Shown: positions 40,876 through 51,079 of the stretch, piece by piece
Layout: every line of letters begins with the position of its first letter
Numbering within the stretch: position 1 is the stretch's first letter
Source: an uncultured bacterium
Lineage (GTDB): Bacteria; Hydrothermota; UBA3073; NMUJ01; CBEVQO01
NCBI GenBank assembly: GCA_965552055.1
Contig: CBEVQO010000002.1
Coordinates: forward strand, 288,001-352,000
Direction: 5' to 3'
Length of the DNA stretch: 64,000 nucleotides
Program-made: the position numbers and the translations under genes
The notes under the pieces: model-generated
What the model was told of the DNA's origin: nothing
The model's input: the letters and a program-made list of their open reading frames with translations, nothing else
Database searches by the model: none

Positions 40876-40902
40876 ATTATACATAGAATACAGCTTTGCA
40901 AA
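40876..40902 (-). promoter_or_regulatory. Putative promoter TTTGCA-N15-TATAAT for nfnA operon
   Basis: TATAAT 40881-40876 and TTTGCA 40902-40897. ATG 40867 is 8 nt downstream, with no SD. Confidence 0.5.
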
Positions 40903-40910
40903 CAAAAATT

Positions 40911-41306
40911 TTAAAATAATTTTTCCGGATTCTTAATGCAAATTCCCACACCGCATTCTAAACTTTCGTATGCCACACGCAAATAGGGCAATAATCCCGC
41001 AGTTTTATAAATCTCTATCGGTCGCGTAAAATTGAGTGAAAAATTAAAACCAATTCCCCTTTCTGCTCCATCTGAATTATTCAAAAAACAGCAATCAAAA
41101 CCAATTTCAGGATAAATATTCAGGAAATAATTAAATCTCCTCGAATAAAAAAGTCTTAACATCTTAACATTTTCATATTCATAAATTGCAAAATTTACAA
41201 AATTTTCCTTGCCGGTATTTATTTCTATAACTTTCAGATAGGGGATATTCTCTGACAATCCGAAATTAAAAAAATTTAATCCAAGTTTAATAATAATCAA
41301 TGTCAT
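40911..41306 (-). CDS. Hypothetical protein (131 aa), alternating aromatic/beta-strand pattern
   Basis: ORF overlaps the DUF503 stop in the same operon; no family recognised. Confidence 0.5.
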   Translation of the reverse strand: MTLIIIKLGLNFFNFGLSENIPYLKVIEINTGKENFVNFAIYEYENVKMLRLFYSRRFNYFLNIYPEIGFDCCFLNNSDGAERGIGFNFSLNFTRPIEIYKTAGLLPYLRVAYESLECGVGICIKNPEKLF

Positions 41307-41565
41307 GCTCCAGAATTTCTACTCTTCCATCGTTTTCTATAAATTTTTTCAGTTTCTCGAACAATGCCGATAAATTTGGAGGTCCTGTATCAACGGCAGC
41401 TATTGTAATCTGACAGAAATTCCAGGAATTATTTGGCTCTTCACGAATGGAAACATTAAATCTGTTCCTTATCTTTTGCATCAAACTTTTTATAACTCTT
41501 CTTTTATCCTTCAAAGAAGCGCTATAGGGGATTATAAGTGCCAATCTCAGTACCCCTACCGTCAT
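41287..41565 (-). CDS. DUF503 (YlxP-like) protein
   Basis: VGVLRLALIIP..ASLKDKRRVIKSL...RFNVS; position after infB. Confidence 0.9.
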   Translation of the reverse strand: MTVGVLRLALIIPYSASLKDKRRVIKSLMQKIRNRFNVSIREEPNNSWNFCQITIAAVDTGPPNLSALFEKLKKFIENDGRVEILEHDIDYY

Positions 41566-43682
41566 ATGGCAATTTCCCTCTTCTTTTCAACAATTTCATA
41601 TACTTCAATAATATCACCTTCTTTAATCTTGAAATTATCACTCAATCCTATTCCGCACTCGTATCCTTCTAACACTTCTTTTACATCTTCTTTGAATCTT
41701 TTAAGTGACGCTATTTCCCCATCGAATACAACTTCTCCATCTCTTCTAACTCTTGCTTTGGCATTCCTCACGACTTTACCTGAAAGCACATAACAACCTG
41801 CTATCCATCCTACATTCTTTATCTTAAAAACTTTGCGAACTTCTGCTTTGCCGAGCTCCTGTTCCTCGTATACAGGTGGAAGCAGTCCTGCCAGCACTTT
41901 CTTTATATCTTCGAGCGCATGATAAATTATATCGTAAGTCCTTATCTCTACTCCTTCTACTTTTGCAAGCTCCTTTGCTCTTAATTCGGGTTTCACATGA
42001 TAACCTATTATCACCGCGTTCGATGCCTTACCAAGAAGTACATCGCTTTCTGTAACAGAACCCACTCCCCTGTGTACAATTTTTACTTTAACATTTTCAA
42101 CCTGCACTTTCTCGAGTGAATCACAAAGGGCTTCCACCGAGCCAGCTGTATCACCTTTCACTATAACTTTTAACTCCTCAGCTTCACCTGCTGTTAAGCG
42201 CCTGTGAAATTCTTCTAAACTAACCATAGACCTTCGTGTCTCCACCTGTAATGCCTCTCTTCTTTTGCGTGCTAATTCTTTTGCTTCATCTTCCGACTCA
42301 CAAACTCTTAATTTATCTCCAACAAAAGGCAAATCTTCAAAACCTACAATTTGACCGGGTTCACCGGGACCTACACTTTCGAGTTCTCTCCCCCATTCAT
42401 CATAAATCATCCTGACCTTGCCGTATACTGCACCTGCTACAAACCAGTCACCCTTTTTAAGTGTACCTTTTTCTATTATTACAGTTGCTACTTTGCCTTT
42501 ACCTTTTTCTATTTTTGTTTCAATAATTGTCCCTCTTGCTGGACCATCTTTTGGAGCTTTAAGGTCGAGTTCTTCTGCTACTACAAGGATGGCGTGTAAA
42601 AGGTCTTCAATACCTTCGCCTGTTTTGGCAGATGTATGAACAGCTATCACATTTCCGCCGTAATCTTCGACCAGCACATTATAGTTAGCGAGTTCCCTTT
42701 TTACTCTATCCGGGTCTGCACTATCGAGGTCAATTTTATTGATAGCAACAACCATTGGCACACCTGCATCCCTTGTATGATTTATCGCTTCAACTGTTTG
42801 TGCCTTCACACCTTCATTTGCAGCTACTACAAGCACAACTATATCTGTAACCTGTGCACCCCTTGCACGCATGGCAGTAAAAGCTTCGTGACCAGGTGTA
42901 TCGATAAATGTAATCTTTTTGCCTTCATATTCAACGGTATATGCTCCTATGTGCTGGGTTATTCCTCCCTTTTCCTTAGCCGCTACCTGAGTTTTCCTTA
43001 TGTAATCAAGCAAACTTGTCTTCCCATGGTCCACATGTCCCATAACCGTAACAACAGGCGGTCGCGGATATAATTTTTCTTCGGCTTCTTTCTCTTCTTC
43101 TTTTTCTTCTTCCCAGTAAGGTATTAACTCTGCTTCATAACCGAATTCATGCAAAATCATCTCTGCATCTTCGAAAGGCAATCTTTGATTGATAGTTACC
43201 TGTTTGCCAAGTTTAAGGCATTCTGCAATAAGGTCAAGAGGGTCTTTACCTATTAATTCTGCAAGCTCTTTAACGGATACTGTTTCGCCCAATCTTATTA
43301 CTCTTTTTTCTTCTTCCTCTATTATTTCTCTCTTCGGTTTTTTATACTTCCTTTCAATTCTAGAAGCCTGCATTTTTGCATAGGTTTTTTCAACCCTCAT
43401 TTTCGCCCGTTCAAATTTCTTTTTCTCACGGGGCACAAAAGGTTTTTTCTTTTGAGGCTTTAAGCCCATTCTTTTTCTTACGATATCGCGTTTACGCATC
43501 ACCTTCATTATCCTTTCCCTTTCTTCCTCTATTCTCTTTTTGCATTCTTCAACTGCTTTCTCGGGTACAACACTGGAAGGTCCCCTCACATCATATCCGA
43601 GTTCGTGCAATACATGTAGCACAACAGAACTCGGCATATTTAATTCTCTTGCTAAATCACACAATCTTTTACCTTCAGGCAT
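41562..43682 (-). CDS. infB: Translation initiation factor IF-2
   Basis: RPPVVTVMGHVDHGKTSLLD, GGITQHIGAY, FIDTPGHEAF and SLKRFKEDVKEV..GYECG. Confidence 0.99.
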   Translation of the reverse strand: MPEGKRLCDLARELNMPSSVVLHVLHELGYDVRGPSSVVPEKAVEECKKRIEEERERIMKVMRKRDIVRKRMGLKPQKKKPFVPREKKKFERAKMRVEKTYAKMQASRIERKYKKPKREIIEEEEKRVIRLGETVSVKELAELIGKDPLDLIAECLKLGKQVTINQRLPFEDAEMILHEFGYEAELIPYWEEEKEEEKEAEEKLYPRPPVVTVMGHVDHGKTSLLDYIRKTQVAAKEKGGITQHIGAYTVEYEGKKITFIDTPGHEAFTAMRARGAQVTDIVVLVVAANEGVKAQTVEAINHTRDAGVPMVVAINKIDLDSADPDRVKRELANYNVLVEDYGGNVIAVHTSAKTGEGIEDLLHAILVVAEELDLKAPKDGPARGTIIETKIEKGKGKVATVIIEKGTLKKGDWFVAGAVYGKVRMIYDEWGRELESVGPGEPGQIVGFEDLPFVGDKLRVCESEDEAKELARKRREALQVETRRSMVSLEEFHRRLTAGEAEELKVIVKGDTAGSVEALCDSLEKVQVENVKVKIVHRGVGSVTESDVLLGKASNAVIIGYHVKPELRAKELAKVEGVEIRTYDIIYHALEDIKKVLAGLLPPVYEEQELGKAEVRKVFKIKNVGWIAGCYVLSGKVVRNAKARVRRDGEVVFDGEIASLKRFKEDVKEVLEGYECGIGLSDNFKIKEGDIIEVYEIVEKKREIAI

Positions 43683-44895
43683 TTTCTTTCACCTCACTAT
43701 ATTTTTGTGCTATCTCAAAAATACGCCTGGCTTTATCTTCTGTCATACCAGGAATTTCCATCAAACCCTCTATTCCCCTCTTAACTATAGTATCCGTCGT
43801 TAAAAAGCCATTATCTATTAACATCTTTTTCTCTTCTTTTGAATATTCTTTGACCAAACTTACTCCCTTCTTCTGATAATCAGATTCTGAAATTACCGTT
43901 ATCCTGTATCCTGTTAATTTCGATGCTAACCTTGCGTTCAAACCGTTAACTCCTATTACCTGTTTCATCGCATCATCCGGCACAACAACCGTTGCCTGCT
44001 TCTTATAATGATTTATTTTCTCATGGATTATCCTTGAAGTTGATAATGCCCTCGCTATAAAAACAAGAGGGTCATTTGACCACTGAATAACATCTATTTT
44101 TTCGTTATTTAACTCTTTCACTATGGTTTGTATCCTTGAGCCCTTTACACCGACGCATGCACCAACCGGTTCTACCCTGCTATCAAGTGATGTAACCGCT
44201 ACTTTTGAGCGCTGACCAGGCACTCTCGCGATACCTTTTATTTTAACAATGCCATCCCGGACTTCAGGGATTTCTAATTTAAACAACTCTTCAAGAAATT
44301 TCTCATGAGTACGGGACAAAATTATCCTTCCCCTTTCATCTACTTTTAAAATAAGGGCTTTTATGGGGTCGCCCTGCTTATACCGGTCACCTGGAATTTG
44401 CTCATCAGCAGGAAGATATGCTTCAGCATCCTTAAGCTGAATCAACATCCCTCTCCTGTCTATCTTTTTTACAGTGCCTGCAACAATCTGCCCTTCTTTG
44501 CCCTTATATCTCTCATATGCACTCTTTAACTCTGCCTCATAAATTCTTTTCCTCAATAAATCTTTGGCTTTCACAATAGCCAGTCTGCTTACTTTTTCGG
44601 GGGACAATTCGGTTTCTATGTAATCACCTGGCTGTGCATCAGGCTTTATTTTTTGTGCCTCCTCAAGAGAAATATCAAGATTGGGATTTCTAACTCTTTT
44701 TTTAACTTTCTTTTTCAAGATTATCTTTAAATCACCCTGCTGTGTAAATTTAACCTCAACTTCCGCATCCTCACCTATAGTCTTTTTTACTGCTTCTGTA
44801 AAACTATCTATAAAAATTTGTTTCACTTCTTCAATTGGTAAAGATTTCTCTTCTGCTATTGCTTTCATTTCTTCAAGCAAGCGCTTAGGCATCAC
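43675..44895 (-). CDS. nusA: Transcription termination/antitermination factor NusA
   Basis: S1 domain, ARVPGQRSKVAV, PVGACVGVKGSRI, KH domains and C-terminal HhH. Confidence 0.96.
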   Translation of the reverse strand: MMPKRLLEEMKAIAEEKSLPIEEVKQIFIDSFTEAVKKTIGEDAEVEVKFTQQGDLKIILKKKVKKRVRNPNLDISLEEAQKIKPDAQPGDYIETELSPEKVSRLAIVKAKDLLRKRIYEAELKSAYERYKGKEGQIVAGTVKKIDRRGMLIQLKDAEAYLPADEQIPGDRYKQGDPIKALILKVDERGRIILSRTHEKFLEELFKLEIPEVRDGIVKIKGIARVPGQRSKVAVTSLDSRVEPVGACVGVKGSRIQTIVKELNNEKIDVIQWSNDPLVFIARALSTSRIIHEKINHYKKQATVVVPDDAMKQVIGVNGLNARLASKLTGYRITVISESDYQKKGVSLVKEYSKEEKKMLIDNGFLTTDTIVKRGIEGLMEIPGMTEDKARRIFEIAQKYSEVKENA

Positions 44896-46576
44896 TCCTC
44901 CCTATCTCTATTATTTTCGAAAGAGCTTCTCCCTCTTTAAACCTCAAAAATTCGCCCGTCTTCCTGTTCTTAACCTCTATAAAGCCCTCTTTTAACCTCT
45001 TACCAAGCACAATTATGTAAGGTATGCCTATTAAATCATTATCTTTAAATTTAACTCCATGTCTCTCATCTCTATCATCATACAAAACTTCAATCCCTTC
45101 TTTTACAAGCTTATCGTAAATTTCTTCTGCTGTTTTTCTAATTTTTTCATCGCTCATATCTACAGGTATTATGGAAAATTTAAAAGGCGCAATTGAAGTG
45201 GGCCATACGATGCCATCTTTATCAGACCATGTTTCAATAACGCTCATCATTATCCTTTCAATCCCTATCCCGTAACTTCCCATAACTATGGGTTTTTCTT
45301 TTCCATCTTTATCAACAAAATATGCACCCATAGATTCGGAATATTTTGTACCAAGTTCAAAGATATGACCAACTTCTATTGTTTTAACAAAATTCAAAGG
45401 TCTCCCGCAATTCACACACAAATCACCTTCCTTGGGCTCCTTCAAATCAAGATATGCTTTAACTTTTACATCACGCTCAATGTTCACACCTGTGTAGTGA
45501 TAATAATCTTCGTTCGCTCCTGTAACAAGACCTTTTCTCCCTTTCAAACTTTCATCAGCATAAACTTCGATATCCTTTCCGATAGGACTTATATATCCTG
45601 CTTCTGCACCGATTATTTCTTTTATCTCCTCAGATGTGGCAGGACGCAGATTCCCTATTTGCCTCAATTTATCTTCACTTACATCATGAGCTCCATCAAC
45701 AAGAACAAAAACAGGTTTACCATCATCTTTTATGAATAATAAACTTTTCATCAAATCTTTATCTTTGACTTTCAAAAATTTTGTTATTTCTTCAACAGTA
45801 CCAGGGACAGGTGTATGAACTTTCTTCAGCTCAGTATCCGGAAGGTCATCATAATTCACTTTTGTGCGTGCAAGTGAATGACTCGCTTTGTATCCGCAAT
45901 TATCGCAAACAACAATCTCATCTTCACCTGCATCGGAACGCACCATAAATTCTTCCGAATGCGCACCCCCCATAACACCAGAGGCAGCTTCTACCACCTC
46001 AACTTCAAGACCGCAGCGCTTGAAAATGCGTAAATACGCTTCCCTGTGCAACTTATAACTCTCATGTAATTCTTCAAAGCTCCTATCCAAACTGTAAGAA
46101 TCTTTCATTATAAACTGACGGGCCCTTAAAGGACCGGCACGCGGACGCTTCTCATCCCTAAATTTCAAATGAATCTGATACCATATTTGTGGCAAATCTT
46201 TATAGGACTTTATTTCCTTTCTCGCTATATCCGTTATGACTTCTTCATGGGTTGGTGCAAGGCACACGGTTCTTCCTGCTCTATCATGTAAACGAAACAT
46301 ATCCTCGCCAAAAGCAGATAATCTACCTGTTTCTTCCCACATATTTGCTGGAGTGAGATTACCGAGTAAAAATTCCTGACCGCCTATTCTGTCCATTTCT
46401 TCCCTTACAATCTGTATTATTTTTCTCAAAACTCTCCATCCGAGTGGCAAATAGTTATAAACACCTGACATCACAGGACGGATGAGACCTGCTTTTAAAG
46501 CAAGCATGTGCGAAAGGGTCTCAACATTTTTAGGCTTTTCTCTCATCGTCGGTATAAAAAATTTACTCCACCTCAT
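44885..46576 (-). CDS. proS: Proline--tRNA ligase (bacterial type with editing insertion)
   Basis: LAPTHEE, FRDEKRPR, FIMKDSYS, IEVGHIFELGTKYS and MGSYGIG. Confidence 0.98.
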   Translation of the reverse strand: MRWSKFFIPTMREKPKNVETLSHMLALKAGLIRPVMSGVYNYLPLGWRVLRKIIQIVREEMDRIGGQEFLLGNLTPANMWEETGRLSAFGEDMFRLHDRAGRTVCLAPTHEEVITDIARKEIKSYKDLPQIWYQIHLKFRDEKRPRAGPLRARQFIMKDSYSLDRSFEELHESYKLHREAYLRIFKRCGLEVEVVEAASGVMGGAHSEEFMVRSDAGEDEIVVCDNCGYKASHSLARTKVNYDDLPDTELKKVHTPVPGTVEEITKFLKVKDKDLMKSLLFIKDDGKPVFVLVDGAHDVSEDKLRQIGNLRPATSEEIKEIIGAEAGYISPIGKDIEVYADESLKGRKGLVTGANEDYYHYTGVNIERDVKVKAYLDLKEPKEGDLCVNCGRPLNFVKTIEVGHIFELGTKYSESMGAYFVDKDGKEKPIVMGSYGIGIERIMMSVIETWSDKDGIVWPTSIAPFKFSIIPVDMSDEKIRKTAEEIYDKLVKEGIEVLYDDRDERHGVKFKDNDLIGIPYIIVLGKRLKEGFIEVKNRKTGEFLRFKEGEALSKIIEIGRSDA

Positions 46577-46585
46577 CTATCCTAA

Positions 46586-46613
46586 ATATTATAAAAATTT
46601 ACCAGTTTGTCAA
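46586..46613 (-). promoter_or_regulatory. Putative promoter for proS-nusA-infB (TTGACA with TATAAT at 14 nt or TAATAT at 16 nt)
   Basis: TTGACA 46613-46608; the AT-rich TATAATAT stretch ends 9 nt before ATG 46576. Confidence 0.5.
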
Positions 46614-46689
46614 GCTAAAAAATTATAGCTTTAAAAAATCCGTTATTACCTTATAACTTACAAAATTTTTGATAAATTCAAGTTGTAGT

Positions 46690-47340
46690 TTACTTCAAAA
46701 ATTTAAATATTGCCATCAATGTAGCGATTATGATGAACCAGATATTTGTATTCCATGTAATGATATTAAATCTTTTATCCATATCCTGGCGTAACTCATT
46801 TATTCTTTTATCTGTATCTTCACGCATCTCTGTAAATCGACGATTCATCTGGTCAACCAACAGCTCAAATCTCTTATCCAAATGTCTCATTAATTCTTCA
46901 AATCGACGATTTGTTTCTTCTCTCATCTCTGCAAACCTGCGGTTGTTCTCCTCCATCATTTCCTCAAACCTGCGGTTTATTTCTTCAAAACGTCGGTTGT
47001 TCTCTTCTCTCATCTCTTCAAACCTGCAGTTTATCTCTTCAAAGCGTCGGTTGTTCTCTTCTCTCATCTCTGCAAACCTGCGGTTGTTCTCCTCCATCAT
47101 CTCCTCAAACCTGCGGTTTATCTCTTCAAAGCGTCGGTTGTTCTCTTCCCTCATCTCTTCAAATCTGCAGTTTATCTCTTCAAAGCGTGCATTCATATCT
47201 TCCCTCAATTCATCTGTCCTTTTATTTATAGTCTCGATAACCATCTTATAAATGTTTAGCATTTCTGGCGTTAACCCCATATCCATTAAAGTTTCTTTTA
47301 CTATCCTTCTTACATCTTCTTCGGTCAGCGTTTTTGACAT
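46690..47340 (-). CDS. Membrane-anchored coiled-coil repeat protein (DUF1640/CCDC90-like architecture)
   Basis: Mixed 7- and 11-residue RFxEM/I repeats followed by a C-terminal hydrophobic anchor (IWFIIIATLMAIF). Confidence 0.75.
   Translation of the reverse strand: MSKTLTEEDVRRIVKETLMDMGLTPEMLNIYKMVIETINKRTDELREDMNARFEEINCRFEEMREENNRRFEEINRRFEEMMEENNRRFAEMREENNRRFEEINCRFEEMREENNRRFEEINRRFEEMMEENNRRFAEMREETNRRFEELMRHLDKRFELLVDQMNRRFTEMREDTDKRINELRQDMDKRFNIITWNTNIWFIIIATLMAIFKFLK
46906..47187 (-). repeat. Intragenic tandem duplication, 2 x 141 bp, built of 21/33-bp subunits
   Basis: The 47-aa unit RFEEINC-RFEEMREENNR-RFEEINR-RFEEMMEENNR-RFAEMREE(N/T)NR occurs twice with near-identical DNA. 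Confidence 0.9.
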
Positions 47341-47341
47341 A

Positions 47342-48808
47342 TCACCTCCTTATTACTTCTATCAATTCCTTTTTATCATCATAAATTTCTATAACGAGGG
47401 GCATCTTACCGGGTAAAGAGTGTGTAGCGCACGCCAAACACGGGTCATACGCTCTAAACGCCATCTCCACCATATTCAAAATGCCATCATCTGCTTTGCC
47501 ATTTTTTATCAATTTTTTAGCAACTTTCCTTATCGCCATACACATGCTCCCATAGTTAAATGCTGTTGCAACGATTAAATTTACCTTCTGAGCTATCCCA
47601 TTTTCATCTGCAACATAATGATGTATTAAAGTGCCTCTGGGAGCTTCAACGATTCCTACTCCTTCGCCTTTATATTTCGATGGGTCAGGTATCTCCCTTG
47701 CTTTGCCTTCGACAATTTCTGGGTCCTTTGACAGCTCATAAGCCCTTTCTGCTGCATAAATCGTTTCTATCGCACGAGCTAGATGAAATGCCAGAACATT
47801 ATGACATGGTTTCGGAAACTTATCATAAAATCTTTCGTATGCTTCCTGAGCTTTGGGAGTTGCCATGCCACTTGCTACATTAAGACGACCAAGAGGTGCT
47901 GCACTCATCAGCCCACTGTCACGACCATCTTTTAAACCCTTCCAGCCAACTTTACGCAAATAAGGGAATTTCAAATAACTCCAGGGTTCTACATGCTCCG
48001 CAATGTAATCAAGATACTCATGCTCTGTAAATTTACAATATTCTTCACCATCAGGATAAATAACTTTTACCTTGCCATCATAAAAATTAACCTTATCTTC
48101 TTCATCAACAAGTCCTATGTAATATGTTTCAAGATAATACAAATCCTTATCTTCCACTATTTCCTTTAATTCTTTATTTTTCTCAATTGTATCCATCGCC
48201 AGATTAAAAGTAAACTCTGCAAAATCAATTATTTCCTTTGACATTTTCTCTATCTCTTCTCTTTCTTCCGGTGTAGGCTTTTTTGAAACTCCTCCCGGTA
48301 AATTCTGTACGGGATGGGCGGATTTACCTCCGAGAATATCTTCAATCTTCACAGCATTTGCTCTTGCTTTTATAAATGCTTTGCCAACATCAAGACCTGC
48401 TTTCTCAATCACTCCCAGTATATTTCTCAACGCTTTATTTTCTCTGGGACCTACAACAAAATCAGGTGCAAATGCCAGCACATAAATATGCTCTAAATGA
48501 CTTTCTATCATATGTGCACAGTATCCTAACTCTCTCAATTTCTTACCGGCAGAAGGCACTTCAACACCATAAAGGTCATCAAGTGTCTTACCCGATGCCA
48601 TGTGATGAGCCCATGGACAAACCCCACATAATCTCGTAGTTATCCTTGGCAATTCCTCAACAGGTCTGCCTTTGCAAAATTCTTCAAAGCCCCTGAATTC
48701 CACTATCTGAAAGAAAGCTTCCTCAACATTGCCCTTATCATCCAGAAATATTGAAATTTTGGCATGACCCTCAAGACGGGAAACAGGTTCTATCGTTATT
48801 ACAGACAT
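47342..48808 (-). CDS. mvhA: [NiFe] hydrogenase large subunit, MvhA-like (group 3c-like)
   Basis: SRLEGHAKI, L1 RLCGVCPWAH, EAPRGTLIHHY, and L2 DPCLACATH followed by a cleavable C-terminal extension. Confidence 0.88.
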   Translation of the reverse strand: MSVITIEPVSRLEGHAKISIFLDDKGNVEEAFFQIVEFRGFEEFCKGRPVEELPRITTRLCGVCPWAHHMASGKTLDDLYGVEVPSAGKKLRELGYCAHMIESHLEHIYVLAFAPDFVVGPRENKALRNILGVIEKAGLDVGKAFIKARANAVKIEDILGGKSAHPVQNLPGGVSKKPTPEEREEIEKMSKEIIDFAEFTFNLAMDTIEKNKELKEIVEDKDLYYLETYYIGLVDEEDKVNFYDGKVKVIYPDGEEYCKFTEHEYLDYIAEHVEPWSYLKFPYLRKVGWKGLKDGRDSGLMSAAPLGRLNVASGMATPKAQEAYERFYDKFPKPCHNVLAFHLARAIETIYAAERAYELSKDPEIVEGKAREIPDPSKYKGEGVGIVEAPRGTLIHHYVADENGIAQKVNLIVATAFNYGSMCMAIRKVAKKLIKNGKADDGILNMVEMAFRAYDPCLACATHSLPGKMPLVIEIYDDKKELIEVIRR

Positions 48809-48816
48809 AGCCCCTC

Positions 48817-49821
48817 CTATTTCAAATCTTTTTGCTTCCTTTTTAAAATGGAATCCGCCATCGAAAATCTATAAAAATATCCAGCAGGGTCTTTTATCCT
48901 ATCGATAAGCTTTTGTATCTCTTCTTCTGTCATATCCTTTTCTTTATCAACAACCAATATCGATGTGAAAGCAGAAAGCATAGCAGCTCCCTGTTCCAAT
49001 GCATTATCGGGCTTTCCGCAGCATCCTCTGCACGGCATATTAGCATTTATGCAGGGTGCACCACAGCCACCCCTTGTAGCAGGTCCCATACATAAAATAC
49101 CCTGTGCCAAAAAGCATTTATCAGGGTCGGGCGTAACTTCATGCAAATATTTAATGTCCTCAATTATCAATTTTTCTGGTTTTGTATCTTTTCTCGGACA
49201 TTCTTCACACAATGCTTTATCAAATGATGCAGGGAATTTTGATTCGGGTGGTGCACCTCCCTTTGCAAGATGCACTATCAAATCAAGCACCCTGTGAATC
49301 ATATCATGAGTCGGAGGACAACCCGGAATATAATAATCAACCTTCACCACATCATCCAGTTTTTTTACAGTATCAAACAATTTAGGTAATGTTAATTTAT
49401 ATTTACCATTTACTATGACTTCGGGCGATGGCAATACACCTTCGGGATTCTCAACCGATACCACTTCACGATAAGCAGTGTTAAGACAACCTCTGGCATC
49501 GGAGAAATTAGCGAGCGAAGGAATACCTCCAAAGCATGCACATGAACCAAAAGCAATAAGCACTTTGCATTTTTCACGCATAACCTTTGCCATCTCTTCG
49601 TTATCCTCATTTCGTATTGCACCATGGTATATACCGATGTCAACCGATTTCTCTGGCAGTGCTTTAAACTCCTTATATTTAACATCTACCAGTGTTGGAC
49701 CGAATACAATTTCAATATTTTCAAAAAGCTGGAGTAATTTTTCGTGCAGATTCAATATCTCAATCTCGCATCCAACGCAACTCGCTCCCCTTTTCGTGGC
49801 AAACTTCAATTTACCCATCAT
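48817..49821 (-). CDS. mvhG: [NiFe] hydrogenase small subunit, MvhG-like
   Basis: SCVGCE, FGSCACFGGIP, IPGCPP, CEECPR and CFLAQGILCMGPATRGGCGAPC...PCRGC. Start at ATG 49821 after AAGGAGG. Confidence 0.88.
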   Translation of the reverse strand: MMGKLKFATKRGASCVGCEIEILNLHEKLLQLFENIEIVFGPTLVDVKYKEFKALPEKSVDIGIYHGAIRNEDNEEMAKVMREKCKVLIAFGSCACFGGIPSLANFSDARGCLNTAYREVVSVENPEGVLPSPEVIVNGKYKLTLPKLFDTVKKLDDVVKVDYYIPGCPPTHDMIHRVLDLIVHLAKGGAPPESKFPASFDKALCEECPRKDTKPEKLIIEDIKYLHEVTPDPDKCFLAQGILCMGPATRGGCGAPCINANMPCRGCCGKPDNALEQGAAMLSAFTSILVVDKEKDMTEEEIQKLIDRIKDPAGYFYRFSMADSILKRKQKDLK

Positions 49822-49836
49822 TCCCTCCTTACACCA

Positions 49837-49863
49837 AATATACTCAATCTCCCATTTTGTCAA
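49837..49863 (-). promoter_or_regulatory. Putative promoter TTGACA-N15-TATATT for the hydrogenase operon
   Basis: TTGACA 49863-49858 and TATATT 49842-49837, followed by the SD and ATG 49821. Confidence 0.65.
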
Positions 49864-49875
49864 GGAAAATAAATG

Positions 49876-50424
49876 TTATAAAAGTGCGATAATCATTTGC
49901 ACTATTCCTACGAAAAAGCCGATAACTCCACCCATCAGAATTATGAAGCGTATCTCCCTGCCTGATGCCGTGAATACGAGTTTCTCAAGTTCTTCGAGAT
50001 TAAAACTCCTTATTTTATCCTCAACTATTTTGCCGAAGTCAACAGCAGATAGAGCTTTTTCGAGGAAACCGCGCTCAAGAGCACCTTCGATTGCCGCTTT
50101 TAAAACGGGTCTTATCATACTTAATATAATTCTATTGATTTTAAACTCCTTTTCAATTAATTCAATTATTGCGTTTACTGCTTTATCAACTCCTCCTTTT
50201 TCCGTTATCCATTTTTTAATGGTTTCGGTATCGAGCAAGTGCTTTTTTATAACATCACCTACTTTCTGGGCGACATCATCTTTGTATTTGGGAAGGAGGC
50301 CCTGAATCGTGAAAAACAGTATTTTACGGGGCTTTCTCGGTCTGAAAAGCATAATGATGGCAATCTTATTCGTAATCCACCCGATAAATGCACCAATAAA
50401 AGGCATCAGAAATTTGATAATCAT
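49876..50424 (-). CDS. DUF445 (YheB-like) membrane protein
   Basis: IGAFIGWITNKIAIIMLFRP...QGLLPK and C-terminal ELEKLV...EIRFI..MGGVIGF. Confidence 0.9.
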   Translation of the reverse strand: MIIKFLMPFIGAFIGWITNKIAIIMLFRPRKPRKILFFTIQGLLPKYKDDVAQKVGDVIKKHLLDTETIKKWITEKGGVDKAVNAIIELIEKEFKINRIILSMIRPVLKAAIEGALERGFLEKALSAVDFGKIVEDKIRSFNLEELEKLVFTASGREIRFIILMGGVIGFFVGIVQMIIALL

Positions 50425-50428
50425 AACA

Positions 50429-51079
50429 TTACTCCTTTTTCTCTTCGCTCAACCTTTTAATTACACACATTAAAATAATCAATCCTTTTATCAATTTTTC
50501 TCTCATCTTTTTCCTCTGGAAATATCTAATAATTATCTCTAATGGTGACGGAGGAAACGGTAAAAGAGGAATAGGGCGAGGAAAAGGAGGAAGAGGAAAA
50601 GGATATTTTTTAATAGTTAATAATGTAATTAATGCAAGCAAATCTTTCGGACTCAAAGAGGGGATTTTTTCCTTTAATTTTTGCATCAATTTTTCTTTGT
50701 CTTCCTCATCGATTTTTGCTTTCTTCAATTCTTCTGCTAATTTTTCTCTTTCTTCGGGGCTTAAATGGTGTACTATTTCGAGTAAAACTTTTTCTGCTAT
50801 ATTCATTTCTGTTTCTTTTAGAGAGAGTTTCTTTTCGGCATTCCATTCATCTGCAATTTTTTCTATAATTTCTGCTTCTTTTTCTTTATATTTTTCTAAT
50901 GGAATATTTTTCTCACCTGTTAGCCATTCCCAAAGCATCAATCTCAATCCGGTTGGTGTGTATCTTTCTTTTAGTTTCTCAACTTTCACTTTAAATTCGT
51001 CCTCCGTACTCGCTCCCTGTATAAGTGCCAATAAAAACGCCAACTCCTCCCTTGACATTTTTAAAATCTCTTCATACAT
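50429..51079 (-). CDS. Hypothetical protein, weakly YaaW/UPF0174-like, with Pro-rich hydrophobic segment
   Basis: EIIEKIAD...EMNIAEKVLLEIVHHLSPEEREKL resembles the YaaW helical core; contains PFPLPPFPRPIPLLPFPPSP. Confidence 0.5.
   Translation of the reverse strand: MYEEILKMSREELAFLLALIQGASTEDEFKVKVEKLKERYTPTGLRLMLWEWLTGEKNIPLEKYKEKEAEIIEKIADEWNAEKKLSLKETEMNIAEKVLLEIVHHLSPEEREKLAEELKKAKIDEEDKEKLMQKLKEKIPSLSPKDLLALITLLTIKKYPFPLPPFPRPIPLLPFPPSPLEIIIRYFQRKKMREKLIKGLIILMCVIKRLSEEKKE

Noticed and set aside
46906..47187. Short repeats as a CRISPR array
   Set aside because: In-frame 21/33-bp coding repeats with no unique spacers and no cas genes.
46730..47251. 173-aa and 106-aa plus-strand ORFs over the repeat
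   Set aside because: Antisense shadows of the repetitive coiled-coil gene, which has the operon context and a TM anchor.
47420..47450. Selenocysteine ([NiFeSe]) hydrogenase
   Set aside because: The L2 motif DPCLAC uses TGT/TGC codons; there is no in-frame TGA.
49822..49863. TTG start of the hydrogenase small subunit at 49863
   Set aside because: That TTG is the -35 TTGACA box; ATG 49821 follows a strong SD.
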